The position numbers were made by a program, and so were the translations under genes. 64,000 nt of DNA from a virus. The notes under the pieces are model-generated. The model was not told the DNA's origin and searched no databases. It saw nothing but the letters and a program-made list of their open reading frames with translations. The stretch's first letter is position 1. Each line of letters begins with the position of its first letter. Shown here piece by piece: positions 22,549 through 32,642 of this stretch. The stretch lies in UHGV virus genome UHGV-0176771. One strand, 5' to 3'.

Positions 22549-22950
22549 TCACTTCAAATACTTCGACATATTCCTATCCACAATTTCAGGAATTTCCGCT
22601 TCTGTTTTTGCAAAATATCCATGCCTACCAAGTGTTCCCGAATGCCCTTGTTCTGTTGCATCTATTACCTGTGCTCCAGAATATGTTCCAGTATGATAAG
22701 CAATATTTTCTTCCATTTCTGCTTTAAATTCAAAATGATTTCCGCCTCCAGAAACAGGAGTAGTGTTAGGAGATTCCAATAAAGTACCGGTTCTATCATA
22801 TATTACCGGATTCCCGACACTATAATATTCTGTCACATTATCTTCAAAGGTTGGTTCAACTTCATCCCTTGCAGCATTCATACCAGAGCGTACATTTTTT
22901 TCAATTAAGTTCTTTACTTCTAAAAAACTTGACACGACTTTTTTAGCCAT
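22549..22950 (-). CDS. Hypothetical protein (133 aa), possible tail assembly chaperone by position
   Basis: Immediately upstream of the TMP-like gene. Confidence 0.4.
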   Translation of the reverse strand: MAKKVVSSFLEVKNLIEKNVRSGMNAARDEVEPTFEDNVTEYYSVGNPVIYDRTGTLLESPNTTPVSGGGNHFEFKAEMEENIAYHTGTYSGAQVIDATEQGHSGTLGRHGYFAKTEAEIPEIVDRNMSKYLK

Positions 22951-22958
22951 AATTGTTC

Positions 22959-23747
22959 CTACTTGCTTTTATTGCGACGCTCAATCTCTTTATATTTTGC
23001 AAGAAATTCTTCTGCTTGTGTCAGCTTATGTTCAGCGGAAATAGCTGGTTCTTCTGAAGATTCATCAGAGTCCTTTACAATAGAACTTGATTCATTTTTA
23101 TTCTCTTTTAATTCTTCCATACGTTTCTCGTATTCGTCTTTCATAAACTGTTTTGCAAAATCTTCAAGAGATGAATCTGGATTGTTATATTTTTCAATAA
23201 ACTTATTTGCTTCTGACACATTTAATTCATTAGCTTTCTCAGACAGTACATTGATCAATTCAACGATTGCTTCTCCAACCATATCTTTTCTATATGATGG
23301 AGCATGAATAGCTTTCTGTTTCATATATTCAACTTTTTCTACAACATGAGACATTACGAATTTCATAACTTCCTGTGGATATGTAAGTTTTGGGTTCTTT
23401 GCGGTTGTAGTATTCTTAATGAAAAACTGATTTACAATATCATTAATTTCTTTGTCTGCAATTGCAACATCGTAAACAGATTCTTCATTTTCGAATTCAA
23501 TTCCTTCTACAAAGTAATTCATAATCGCGCAAACCTGCGCCGGTTCAATATAGTAAGGAGAGTAGTCGATAACTTCTCCATATTCGTCAAAATCAAATAA
23601 ACTGTTACAAATATATTCAATAGCATTTGCTTTATCTTCGAATGTAATGTTCTCTTTTACTTTATAATTATTTTTCTTCATATAATATATCTCCTTTAAA
23701 CAAATGTTCTGGATGTTTTTATTTTTTATAAGTAGTATAATATCCAT
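22959..23747 (-). CDS. Hypothetical protein with acidic C-terminus (262 aa), possible tail assembly chaperone by position
   Basis: ORF; acidic Ser/Glu-rich tail. Confidence 0.4.
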   Translation of the reverse strand: MDIILLIKNKNIQNICLKEIYYMKKNNYKVKENITFEDKANAIEYICNSLFDFDEYGEVIDYSPYYIEPAQVCAIMNYFVEGIEFENEESVYDVAIADKEINDIVNQFFIKNTTTAKNPKLTYPQEVMKFVMSHVVEKVEYMKQKAIHAPSYRKDMVGEAIVELINVLSEKANELNVSEANKFIEKYNNPDSSLEDFAKQFMKDEYEKRMEELKENKNESSSIVKDSDESSEEPAISAEHKLTQAEEFLAKYKEIERRNKSK

Positions 23748-23977
23748 ATGTGGGAAGCCGTGTGCGTGTGCGTAACCACGGCTGTTACGCTTCTATATAT
23801 GTAACATGTCAATAATCACCATGACTATATAATCAGTCAGAAAGATAGGTGATTGGTATATCTATTATTCTCTTTCCATTTTCAAATGAAAACGAAATTT
23901 AATTTATTGTATTTAAAAAAGAGCCGGAATAACCGACTCAATTTATTGGCATTTTTTGATTTATATTTAATGGTATT

Positions 23978-24292
23978 TTATTCTGAAACAGTTTCGTCTT
24001 TCGGAGTGGATGTTAATAACTCTTTGATTTCATCCACAGTGTATTCAGACTTTTCAATAAGTTCTGCAAGTTCATGAATACGTTCCTGTTTTTCCTGTTC
24101 CGCTTTCATTTCATCATAGATGACTTTTTCTTTTTCTAACTTTTTGATTTCATATCTTTTTTCTTTGAGTTGTATTTTTAAATCCTCAATTTGTTTTTGA
24201 ATGGAATCAACTTCGTCATTTGCTTGCTGGAGTAAAAGATCGAAATCTTTTTCTACAACAGTTTTACGTCTACGTCTTCTTTTAGCTTCCAT
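23978..24292 (-). CDS. Coiled-coil protein (104 aa)
   Basis: Heptad-like, charged sequence with a basic N-terminus. Confidence 0.4.
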   Translation of the reverse strand: MEAKRRRRRKTVVEKDFDLLLQQANDEVDSIQKQIEDLKIQLKEKRYEIKKLEKEKVIYDEMKAEQEKQERIHELAELIEKSEYTVDEIKELLTSTPKDETVSE

Positions 24293-24360
24293 GACATGTA
24301 CCTCCTTTTGTTTTATAGTACAAGCATATCACTAAATAGAAGAGTAGTAAAGATATTTTA

Positions 24361-24819
24361 TTAAGCAGATTCCGACAAAAGTTTTTTCTGCTTTTTACGT
24401 TCAGCACGTCTTTTTTTTACATATTCATAATCGCACCATTCTCCGTCTATTTTTGAATAACATATCCATTTGTAATCAACATCCGGGAACTTATACCAAA
24501 ACAATTTTCTTTTTAATAATGCGACTGAATCTGGACATCCTTTAGTATCAATAACTTCTTCATGTCCATCCTTATAAACAATAAAAAAGTCAGCCACATA
24601 CTTAATTGGCTGAACTGATTTTCCATCATGACGAAACTTTGGTTGTAATTCATATGGTTTCTGTAATTCATAACTAACCACATCACCACTCTCCACTGCG
24701 GGGCAAAGAACGTCGCGATAGTATTCCATTTCTAATATAGAATCAAATACGATTCCATTATGTGTTCGTTTACTCTTATCTTTATCTACATTAAATTTTG
24801 ATCTTGTAATTTTTATCAC
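24361..24819 (-). CDS. Putative PD-(D/E)xK nuclease-fold protein (DUF1064-like), 152 aa
   Basis: VADFF...EEVIDTKG resembles a PD...(D/E)xK motif. Basic C-terminal tail. Confidence 0.35.
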   Translation of the reverse strand: MIKITRSKFNVDKDKSKRTHNGIVFDSILEMEYYRDVLCPAVESGDVVSYELQKPYELQPKFRHDGKSVQPIKYVADFFIVYKDGHEEVIDTKGCPDSVALLKRKLFWYKFPDVDYKWICYSKIDGEWCDYEYVKKRRAERKKQKKLLSESA

Positions 24820-24866
24820 CTCTTTAAATAAGAAGAGAAGTCACCGCACGGCAACTTCTCTATTTA

Positions 24867-25568
24867 TTAATCTTCTTTTTCGTTAACTTTTTTCCATGTA
24901 AACATTTCTTTTTGTACAACACTATGCACAAAACTATTTAGCCCACCGAAAGACTCATATGTAGATATAAGTCCCTCTAATGCTTCAAATTCAATATCAG
25001 TAATCCACTTTCTTTCGTGATAGATACTGTACCGATTACTAATTTCAGCCTTTATTTTCGCCTGCTCTTTTTTATTTTGTTTTTCTTCATTGGCGTGGAA
25101 ACGCATATCTGTTTCAGCCTTCATATCATCCAATTTTTTTGAAATAACAGCAACGGATTCGGATAATTTTTTTTGAGATTCATTAAAATCTCTCTGAATT
25201 TCTCGTGATTTTTCTTTATCATTAATTCTATTTTTAGCATAAATATCCATCTGTTCTCGTTGAGCAGTAAGGGCAGACTTTAACTCTTCGACAAATTCTG
25301 AAAATTCCTGTTGCATTTTCCTATCATTTTGTGTAACACGTTCCACGTCTTCTTGATGTTGTTCTTGTAGTCTTGATAAGTTTTCAGCGGTTTTCATAAG
25401 AAGCTCGTGTTCTTCTCGTCTTTTCCTGATATGCCTAAATTCAATTCCTGTTTTCTCCCAAAACCATACAAGCAATTTGTCTAAAAACTGCCATGCAAGA
25501 AGTATGGTAACAATTGCGAGAATAATAGAAACAAAATCTAGCTCAAAAAACATTTCTAAATATTCCAT
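24867..25568 (-). CDS. Membrane-anchored coiled-coil protein (233 aa)
   Basis: N-terminal TM helix (FVSIILAIVTILLAWQF) followed by a long charged coiled coil. Confidence 0.45.
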   Translation of the reverse strand: MEYLEMFFELDFVSIILAIVTILLAWQFLDKLLVWFWEKTGIEFRHIRKRREEHELLMKTAENLSRLQEQHQEDVERVTQNDRKMQQEFSEFVEELKSALTAQREQMDIYAKNRINDKEKSREIQRDFNESQKKLSESVAVISKKLDDMKAETDMRFHANEEKQNKKEQAKIKAEISNRYSIYHERKWITDIEFEALEGLISTYESFGGLNSFVHSVVQKEMFTWKKVNEKED

Positions 25569-25570
25569 AT

Positions 25571-25840
25571 TTATTCAGTTTTCGGTTCTTTCTTTTCGAT
25601 AAATTGTGTAAATGCCTGGTGCAAACCTGTAGATGCAAGACCACTAATCAAACCGCTTAAAACAATTTCTGGGCTAAATGCAAAACCATTAATCCATGCA
25701 GCTATCACAATGCCCAATACTCCACAGATTGTTGGGATGTACTTGTTATCAACATCTTTAATCCATTTCTTGATAATATATCCGACGCAAAGGCAAATGC
25801 CAAGTACGACCGGCATCATAAATTCATTCAAAAATTCCAT
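25571..25840 (-). CDS. Small membrane protein with two TM helices, holin-like (89 aa)
   Basis: Two hydrophobic helices and a charged C-terminus. Adjacent to another membrane protein. Confidence 0.4.
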   Translation of the reverse strand: MEFLNEFMMPVVLGICLCVGYIIKKWIKDVDNKYIPTICGVLGIVIAAWINGFAFSPEIVLSGLISGLASTGLHQAFTQFIEKKEPKTE

Positions 25841-25964
25841 AATTTTTTCCTTTCATACAAATAGGAGAGTGGTAGTCCTTTAATACTATTGCCTGTGTAC
25901 TGCGTGACACTGCGCTCAAAAATATGACACCCACCTTTATATTCATCATCTTGAACAACCTATT

Positions 25965-26156
25965 TTATCTCTGTTCCCAGAACTTAGCTAAAGCAAGTCC
26001 AAGTTCTTTTGTCTTTTTGTATTTCCACACCGTCACACCATCTTCTTTTTTTACAAAGGTATATTTAATTCCGTATTCAGATAAATAACAGACTTCGTGA
26101 GAAGATTCTGTGCGGTATTCATTGTCTAACTTTCTAATTTCGAGTTCACTCCTCAC
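25965..26156 (-). CDS. Hypothetical small protein (63 aa)
   Basis: ORF. Confidence 0.35.
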   Translation of the reverse strand: MRSELEIRKLDNEYRTESSHEVCYLSEYGIKYTFVKKEDGVTVWKYKKTKELGLALAKFWEQR

Positions 26157-26244
26157 TTATTCGGAGCAGAGTAAAAAAATGGGGTAAATACCGATAATAG
26201 ATATTTACCCCTTTCTTCACACTAAATATCTATCACTCGTTATT

Positions 26245-26652
26245 TTAAGATGTAGCCATAATACCAGCTGCTTTCAAAGCGTCCAGCAAAGCTTTGAACT
26301 CAGCCTTTGTAACATTTTCTCCTGCAGCTTCAGGAACCAAAGTAGACTGTTTTACGCCTCCAAGTGTTGTTTTATTCGCAGCCGGAAGAGTGTATGTCGC
26401 ACCAGGATCTCCTTTTGCTCCTTTTAAATTTTTGAAAGCAAAATTAAATACCTTTGCTGTGTTTGCTCCACTTGCTGTTACAGTTACAGATGGAACTCCA
26501 GTATTTGCGTCAACCGTTGCAGTTGGTGTTCCGAATCCTGCGGCTGTTCCAGGTGCGCCAACCTGTTCATTTTTTACACCTTGCTCCAGCTTGTTCATCT
26601 TTTCAGCAGTAATAACATCTCCATCGCTCCATGTCGTTGGTGTATATGCCAT
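26245..26652 (-). CDS. Small tail-fibre-repeat protein (135 aa) carrying both modules shared with the 339-aa and 618-aa fibre-like proteins
   Basis: N-terminus MAYTPTTWSDGDVITAEKMNKLEQGVK parallels MEYDSTLWSDGDVISSEKMNKLEHGVK (41889..43745). YTLPAANKTTLGGVK and C-terminal KAEFKALLDALKAAGI parallel SYTLPQATDKILGGIK / KDKLNALLASLRTAGI of 38915..39934. Confidence 0.55.
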   Translation of the reverse strand: MAYTPTTWSDGDVITAEKMNKLEQGVKNEQVGAPGTAAGFGTPTATVDANTGVPSVTVTASGANTAKVFNFAFKNLKGAKGDPGATYTLPAANKTTLGGVKQSTLVPEAAGENVTKAEFKALLDALKAAGIMATS

Positions 26653-26740
26653 TTTTACTCACTCCTTATTCATTCTGATTTTCCGACTTTTGCCTTTCCG
26701 ATTTTCCCCCTGCCTATCAAGGCGAGATCTTCAGGGGGTT

Positions 26741-27508
26741 CTATTCCCCCTGTTCGTCCTCGTCCGGTAACAGAGTCAGGTCAAGCATGTTTCCATCATC
26801 GTCAACCATCATGTCACAAGTAAGTGTTACAGTACCCGGATCTCCGGAACTTGCAAAAGACAGAGACATATTAGCCTGCGGAACTACTTTATATGCCTTG
26901 AACATATATGGAAGCACATCCTCATCTGTTGTTTTCATATATGTATCGCCGTAAACAGTAAACGCTTTCGGGAAGTCAGTAGATCTAATACTGATATTGT
27001 ATACATCATTTCTGGTAGCAAGGTAGAATACAACAACTTCTGCTCCTTCTGCCTTTGAATCTTTCAATGTAATGTCCTGACCAGAAACAGTAGTTACCTC
27101 AAGTTTTGTTTCCATGTTAGAATCTGCTCCGTCATAAACCCATACATTTTCTTTTGTGAGAGTAACTTTTGTGTCAGTAATACTAACTTTATTGCTTTCG
27201 CCAACTTTTACCTTGACTCTCTTCATAATTTCTGCTGTTTTAGAACTCTTACCTCCAGTCATCAGTTCCCAAAGCTTAGGTGTCTGAATCTGCGTTTCAA
27301 TCGTAAGAGTACCAGCACGTTCTCCAGAGAATGTAATTTTCTTTGGATGACCTTTCCCACCGTATGCAAATACGTTTTCACCTGTCAATTCCTGACTTGA
27401 TGTATTTGCGTAATCACAGAAAAGAAATGGTTCTTTTGTTTTATAATCTACAAACACCATGTCACAGACTTCTCGGTTTGCCATCTGTTTTCCAAATTGA
27501 TTTGCCAT
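26741..27508 (-). CDS. Major tail (tube) protein-like, 255 aa
   Basis: True start is the internal ATG at 27508 (MANQFGKQ...) with AGGAGG 7 nt upstream; the annotated upstream extension would overlap the neighbouring gene by ~110 nt. Position and size fit a siphovirus tube protein. Confidence 0.5.
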   Translation of the reverse strand: MANQFGKQMANREVCDMVFVDYKTKEPFLFCDYANTSSQELTGENVFAYGGKGHPKKITFSGERAGTLTIETQIQTPKLWELMTGGKSSKTAEIMKRVKVKVGESNKVSITDTKVTLTKENVWVYDGADSNMETKLEVTTVSGQDITLKDSKAEGAEVVVFYLATRNDVYNISIRSTDFPKAFTVYGDTYMKTTDEDVLPYMFKAYKVVPQANMSLSFASSGDPGTVTLTCDMMVDDDGNMLDLTLLPDEDEQGE

Positions 27509-27560
27509 TTTAATTCCTCCTATATAAGATTTGTTTTTTTGCAATAAAAAAGACACTGAA

Positions 27561-28340
27561 TTACTCAGCGTCATTTTTGTTATATATATTTGAACTCCAA
27601 GCACCAAACTTGAATTTCTTTTCTTTATCTCCCCATACAGACACCTGTGTAGAAGCAATGTCATATTGATCAATTATCTGAAGCCTTTCAAATTCATTGA
27701 ATAATTGATAAATTGTAATATCCCATATATTTATCCAGTTTAATGACAAACTTCTTACAGCAACGGACGATATGATGTTAGGTAAAGACAAATCTGGATT
27801 TCCGCCAGAAGTTTTTTTGAATTCACGTTTTACCTTTTGCAACCTCTTGTATATTTTTAATCCACGTTTATTTTTGATCTTTGTAATATCAGTCACTTCT
27901 GTATTGTCCGGTGTAATATGCACTCGTTGAAGAATTATATCCAACACATTATAATAATTTTTAGAATTTATAATTCCTTTTGCTAGAAGTTCAGTATCGC
28001 CATTTTCTCTAACAATTTCCTCTGTGTATAGGAATGATTTATATTCATCAAACCATTCGAAATCCTCTACAAAGAAAAAATTGAGAGCATTTTTAATCAT
28101 ATTTCTAAAATTTGAATCATATAAAATAAGGTCAAATTTTGTATACAAATTAATATCTGGATCTTCTATTTTAAAATCTTCAATATAATCACTTGGAGTC
28201 ATTCTTAGACATGACACATATTGTGCATAGACGCAATAAGATATGTCAGCAATCTCAATGAGCTTTGGAGATTTAATTCTTCCAATTCCAATAAGATCAA
28301 GTGGGAGAGGGGAGATAAGATCAAAATAATCTAATTTCAT
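27561..28340 (-). CDS. Hypothetical structural protein (259 aa)
   Basis: ORF in the head-tail joining region. Confidence 0.45.
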   Translation of the reverse strand: MKLDYFDLISPLPLDLIGIGRIKSPKLIEIADISYCVYAQYVSCLRMTPSDYIEDFKIEDPDINLYTKFDLILYDSNFRNMIKNALNFFFVEDFEWFDEYKSFLYTEEIVRENGDTELLAKGIINSKNYYNVLDIILQRVHITPDNTEVTDITKIKNKRGLKIYKRLQKVKREFKKTSGGNPDLSLPNIISSVAVRSLSLNWINIWDITIYQLFNEFERLQIIDQYDIASTQVSVWGDKEKKFKFGAWSSNIYNKNDAE

Positions 28341-28351
28341 AATTAAAATCC

Positions 28352-28837
28352 TTATCTAAAAGTTGTAATGGTAAATTCCAATGTTTTACCATAATGGTTT
28401 TCGCCATTTGTAAAAATGTTTACATTATTCAATTCTAATTTTCCTATGCCAAAATTTCTCGAAAATTCTTCGTCTTTAATCAATATTTCCTCAATTATTT
28501 CTGCTAGAATAGTAGGTCTGTTCCCGACATATCCCTTTTTGGAATACTTAAGTAACGACTTTTCACAAAAAACCTGTATAATGAGCTTAACATTTTTTGT
28601 GCTAGAATTTATTCGTGAGACTGTTGTATCTGCACAAATATATGTTTTTGCTTCTGTTTGAATTCCTTTTATATAAAGACAATCCCATATACAATCCTCA
28701 TAAGCCTTTTGTAAATCAAAATCATTTTCATTAATTTGACTGCCAAACAGTACATCTCGGATTTCATCAGAATGCTTGAATGCTGAAATAACTTTTGATA
28801 ATACTGTTCCAAGATCTTTTATATTTTTATCCCACAA
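28352..28837 (-). CDS. Hypothetical structural protein (161 aa)
   Basis: ORF. Confidence 0.45.
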   Translation of the reverse strand: MWDKNIKDLGTVLSKVISAFKHSDEIRDVLFGSQINENDFDLQKAYEDCIWDCLYIKGIQTEAKTYICADTTVSRINSSTKNVKLIIQVFCEKSLLKYSKKGYVGNRPTILAEIIEEILIKDEEFSRNFGIGKLELNNVNIFTNGENHYGKTLEFTITTFR

Positions 28838-28849
28838 AATGACACCTCA

Positions 28850-29863
28850 TTATAAGTAAACTATTTCAAGCTCTATATTTGTTGTAACTAAATCGTCACC
28901 GAAAAATAAATTAAATTTTTCACCAATTAGATCAAATTGTTCTGTTTCTATCCATATAAACGCAGTGTTGTTTTCTGTTTTTAAATGCACTCTATCTTTT
29001 ACGTTATCGCTCAAATACCATTTTCCAACTTTGTTCTCTATCTTTTCATTTCCAGAATAAAACTCGCCCAAAAATTTCTTTTCAATATCGCCAACACCAA
29101 CTTGGTTTTTACCCTTATAAGAAATCTTGCACGTGCTATTTTTTTCTTGAGAAACATCTGATTTAATATAATCCGCTATCCAATACTTTTTTCCATCAAA
29201 GTCAACAAGCGCATCTGTTTCTTTGTTAAATGACGAGAGAGAAAGTGTAAGTTGAATAAGACCACCTCGATTAAAATATGAATTATCTGATAAAAACAAT
29301 TTTCTATTTGTTAATCGATATGTGTCTGGCTCAATCGAATCATCAAAATCAATGCAAAATCTTTTGTCGCGCCGCCAATGTTTGGTGTCATTATCAACAG
29401 GCAATGTCAATCCATATTGGTAATCCCCGACTTTAATACTTGTATTCCCTGTTTCGCCAGAAGAATACTTAGTAAAATCTTCTGAATAGCACCATTTTTG
29501 AACAAGCCTTCCATTTTCATCTATTGTATTTAGCAATAGTGTACATAAATACATATATCCAGAATGCCACGCCTTTTCATTAGGATCTAATACTGTCACA
29601 ATCCATACTTGGTTATTCCAGTAAATGTAATCTCCAAGATTAAATGGCTCACTATGTATTGATTTAATTTTCTTTTTTGAGGCATTATTATCGGTGTCTT
29701 TTACCACCATTAATTTTCTATTTTCACCATTTATAACAACATCTTCGCAATCAATATTATTCCAATGCTTTTCAGATTCCTTGTTGATTATATTAAGTTG
29801 TTGTTCTTTCTTTGACGATACACGATAACTATTCTGAATTTTTCTGAAATAATTCAAATTCAT
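28850..29863 (-). CDS. Hypothetical structural protein (337 aa)
   Basis: ORF. Confidence 0.45.
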   Translation of the reverse strand: MNLNYFRKIQNSYRVSSKKEQQLNIINKESEKHWNNIDCEDVVINGENRKLMVVKDTDNNASKKKIKSIHSEPFNLGDYIYWNNQVWIVTVLDPNEKAWHSGYMYLCTLLLNTIDENGRLVQKWCYSEDFTKYSSGETGNTSIKVGDYQYGLTLPVDNDTKHWRRDKRFCIDFDDSIEPDTYRLTNRKLFLSDNSYFNRGGLIQLTLSLSSFNKETDALVDFDGKKYWIADYIKSDVSQEKNSTCKISYKGKNQVGVGDIEKKFLGEFYSGNEKIENKVGKWYLSDNVKDRVHLKTENNTAFIWIETEQFDLIGEKFNLFFGDDLVTTNIELEIVYL

Positions 29864-29874
29864 TTTTTATCACC

Positions 29875-30378
29875 TCACTCGTCATATAAAGAATAATCAA
29901 GTACCGCTTTTAATTTGCCTGTTCTTCTATCCCTGTCTTGATAATTAGCCAATTCATCTTGCAAATTTAATTTTAGTGTTTCAATAAAATTGCGATAACT
30001 TGTTCTTTCATTTGCTGGAGAAAACACAGTTAAATCAGATGGTGTAAAATTTATTTCCATAGCGTGTAACAATGCTAAATCTCTTTCCATGTATTTAATA
30101 AACATCATATCAACAATGATTTTAATTTCTTTTGGTAATAGTTGGAAGTTTATGCGTTCAATTTCTGTGTCATAATCAGAAAAATCTACTTGCATATTTC
30201 CAAGAGATGTTAAGTCATCTAATGATTCAATAAGATATCTTTTAGACCTTTCATGTGCAATTTGAATTGCTTCTAATTCATCTACGTTATAATAATTAAA
30301 AAATTTATCATCCTTTTCTAATCGATCATAGAATCTATCACAAATTTCACTAAATGGAGTATAAGAATTTGACTTCAT
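29875..30378 (-). CDS. Head-tail connector/adaptor-like protein (167 aa)
   Basis: Size and position downstream of the capsid genes. Confidence 0.35.
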   Translation of the reverse strand: MKSNSYTPFSEICDRFYDRLEKDDKFFNYYNVDELEAIQIAHERSKRYLIESLDDLTSLGNMQVDFSDYDTEIERINFQLLPKEIKIIVDMMFIKYMERDLALLHAMEINFTPSDLTVFSPANERTSYRNFIETLKLNLQDELANYQDRDRRTGKLKAVLDYSLYDE

Positions 30379-30399
30379 GCCAAATTACCTCCCTGTTAT

Positions 30400-31050
30400 C
30401 TAATCAGACTTTTTCGGTCTTCCTGTTTTTTTAACCTGAGTATTTTCGACAGAATCAGTTTTCACCGTGTCATTTGATTTAAGCAAAGATTCCATCATCG
30501 CCTTCATTTCCTCAAGCTGTTTTTCCAAGTCTTTAACCTTCTTAGAATCTGAAGATGTATTTTCTGGGTCATCAACAAAAATGGAAGAAGATGATTTTCC
30601 CATAAACAATTCTTCTGTTCTTTTTTTTACAAGATTATTTACATCAAGAGTAATTGAATAACCTTCAAATTTTAATTTTTGAAAAATTTCACGAACTCTA
30701 TCAAAATCTGATAGCGTTTTTATTTTTAAAATTTTTTTCAGTCCATCCTTGTCTGGATGAAGTAAAATTTCTTTTATTTCTTCATATTTTAAAACATTTT
30801 CTTTTACAATCCCTAATTCGTTATAGATATCATTTTCGACATCTCCTTGGAATTCAAGTGATCCGCTTTTAAATACGTTACTGTTATTTGCGTATACAAT
30901 TTCATCCCACGTAAGCGGAAGAGTAGTTGGTGATCCATCTACTGCGGATTCAATTACACATGTTTTACCTGGCGCAATTGTAATGCATACAGAATGTTCA
31001 TTATAATTTAAAACCTGAAAATGTTTTGTGATTCCAAATTTACTACTAAT
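30400..31050 (-). CDS. Protein of unknown function downstream of the capsid gene; frame open for ~650 nt but with no in-frame ATG/GTG/TTG before the last 69 codons (possible ATT start at 31050)
   Basis: Frame opens after the TGA at 31066-31068 and runs uninterrupted to the stop at 30400. GGAGGAG sits ~5 nt upstream of the in-frame ATT at 31048-31050. The ORF track only calls the last 69 aa (TTG start). Confidence 0.4.
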   Translation of the reverse strand: MSSKFGITKHFQVLNYNEHSVCITIAPGKTCVIESAVDGSPTTLPLTWDEIVYANNSNVFKSGSLEFQGDVENDIYNELGIVKENVLKYEEIKEILLHPDKDGLKKILKIKTLSDFDRVREIFQKLKFEGYSITLDVNNLVKKRTEELFMGKSSSSIFVDDPENTSSDSKKVKDLEKQLEEMKAMMESLLKSNDTVKTDSVENTQVKKTGRPKKSD

Positions 31051-31073
31051 AAAATCTCCTCCTCTTCATAATT

Positions 31074-31099
31074 TCTATCGAAGGAATCCCTCCGATAGA
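31074..31099 (-). terminator. Stem-loop immediately downstream of the major capsid gene (attenuator/terminator-like; no clean U-tract)
   Basis: TCTATCGAAGG-AATC-CCTCCGATAGA imperfect 11-bp inverted repeat. Confidence 0.3.
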
Positions 31100-31125
31100 A
31101 ATTTAAACAATAAAAAAAGACTACC

Positions 31126-32118
31126 TTATTTCAAAGTAACCTTTGCAAAGTTTTCGATATGTGTGAGCATAAAGCCGTATGTAAAATCTTTCAACATAAT
31201 ATGAACTTTTTCACCTTGATTATTCATATCCTGATATACGTGAATTTCACCTTTCATATCCAGTGTTCCGATTTTATCTGCGATACCATAGATCCTCTTG
31301 TCTGGCAGGAGAAGCTGTCCAGTTCCAGTTTTCTTTGCTCCTGAAATACCTGCAATGCCAATTCCATCATATGTTTTTACTAAACCATATCTGTTAAAAT
31401 CGTCTTTCATAGCTCCTGACAAATACTGAGCAAAATTAGGCATACGTCTAATTGCCTGAGCATATTTATTCAAAGTAACAATAACATTATCATCACCCCT
31501 ATCATTCAGATAAAGAGATAATTTATCCATAGCCTCAAGAGTAGGTGTTGCTCCTGTAACCTCAATAAGAGCTTCTCCTCCTGTAACCGCGTTATCCGCC
31601 ATAGAAAGTGCATCGTAAAATAACGCATTCTGACAAGCTTCTTTCATAAATGTAGTTAAGGTTGCGATGGATTTAAAACCATTTTTTCTTAAATCTACAT
31701 ATGAGATATCAGTTTCAACCTGACGATTTTTCCATGTAGGTTTTACAGTTTCAATATCAATGTAAGAACGATCTACATTACCGCCTTTTGCAGCTTCATG
31801 TGCTACAAGTGTATTTTTTGGCTCCTTTGTTCCTTCTAAATCATCAAACTCTCCAACAGAACCTCTTTCAAAAATCTGATCAAGAAGTTCGTCCGGTGCG
31901 TTGTACACTTCTTCCTGTACAGTTCTAGTTACAAACTCTGCGATTTCGCAATTAGGATCCTTTCCTGTTTTACCGATTTCTCTTGCCCATGCATCGGAAA
32001 TTTCAGCAATTTCTTTTTCTTCAGAGTTAAGCTCTCTTTTATAATTTACCTTTTCAGCAACTTCAAACAGAACACCATCTTTATCCATGAGTTCTGCGAT
32101 TTCTGTTCTAATAGCCAT
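31126..32118 (-). CDS. Major capsid protein-like (330 aa)
   Basis: Position after the scaffold-like gene. Followed by a stem-loop. Size typical. Confidence 0.5.
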   Translation of the reverse strand: MAIRTEIAELMDKDGVLFEVAEKVNYKRELNSEEKEIAEISDAWAREIGKTGKDPNCEIAEFVTRTVQEEVYNAPDELLDQIFERGSVGEFDDLEGTKEPKNTLVAHEAAKGGNVDRSYIDIETVKPTWKNRQVETDISYVDLRKNGFKSIATLTTFMKEACQNALFYDALSMADNAVTGGEALIEVTGATPTLEAMDKLSLYLNDRGDDNVIVTLNKYAQAIRRMPNFAQYLSGAMKDDFNRYGLVKTYDGIGIAGISGAKKTGTGQLLLPDKRIYGIADKIGTLDMKGEIHVYQDMNNQGEKVHIMLKDFTYGFMLTHIENFAKVTLK

Positions 32119-32142
32119 CTTATCAAGTCCTCCTTATTTTAT

Positions 32143-32628
32143 TTACGCAACAGATACTGCATCAGCAACAACTTCTACGAGCACAAGTTTATGACCGTTA
32201 TCTTTCATTGTTCCTGCAAATACATATCTTGAAGTTCCTTTTGTTGCTTTTTGCCATTTTCCATCTGCTCCAACAGACATTGCGAATCCTGGTTCCGCTT
32301 CGTCTCCAAAATCAGCAGCCTTAAACTGGTCTGTTCCAAATTTTTCTCCATCTGTATAGACTTCCAGACCAACAAACTCTCCGATTTTTACTGATGTAAA
32401 ATCATCATCGTAATCAGACATTTCCTGTCTTGCTGCATTAATTCCTGTAGGAATTCTTTCTTTTGTTACAAGGTAGATATTTGTTGTTGTCTCAGCAGTA
32501 GGCAACTTTACCTCTTTTGTATTTTTTGTATCTTCTTTTACTACACCCATCCCAGTTACCATTGCAACTTTTGCTTTGTGCATTGTGTCTTTTGGCTGTG
32601 CGCCATTTCTACGAATATCTCTTAACAT
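32143..32628 (-). CDS. Hypothetical head protein (161 aa), decoration-like by position
   Basis: ORF between the scaffold-like and capsid genes. Confidence 0.4.
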   Translation of the reverse strand: MLRDIRRNGAQPKDTMHKAKVAMVTGMGVVKEDTKNTKEVKLPTAETTTNIYLVTKERIPTGINAARQEMSDYDDDFTSVKIGEFVGLEVYTDGEKFGTDQFKAADFGDEAEPGFAMSVGADGKWQKATKGTSRYVFAGTMKDNGHKLVLVEVVADAVSVA

Positions 32629-32642
32629 GTAGCCAATCCTCC

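Noticed and set aside
26741-27673. Annotated 310-aa form of the tail tube gene starting at 27673
   Set aside because: It would overlap the upstream gene by ~110 nt with a junk-like N-terminus. The internal ATG at 27508 has a perfect AGGAGG RBS.
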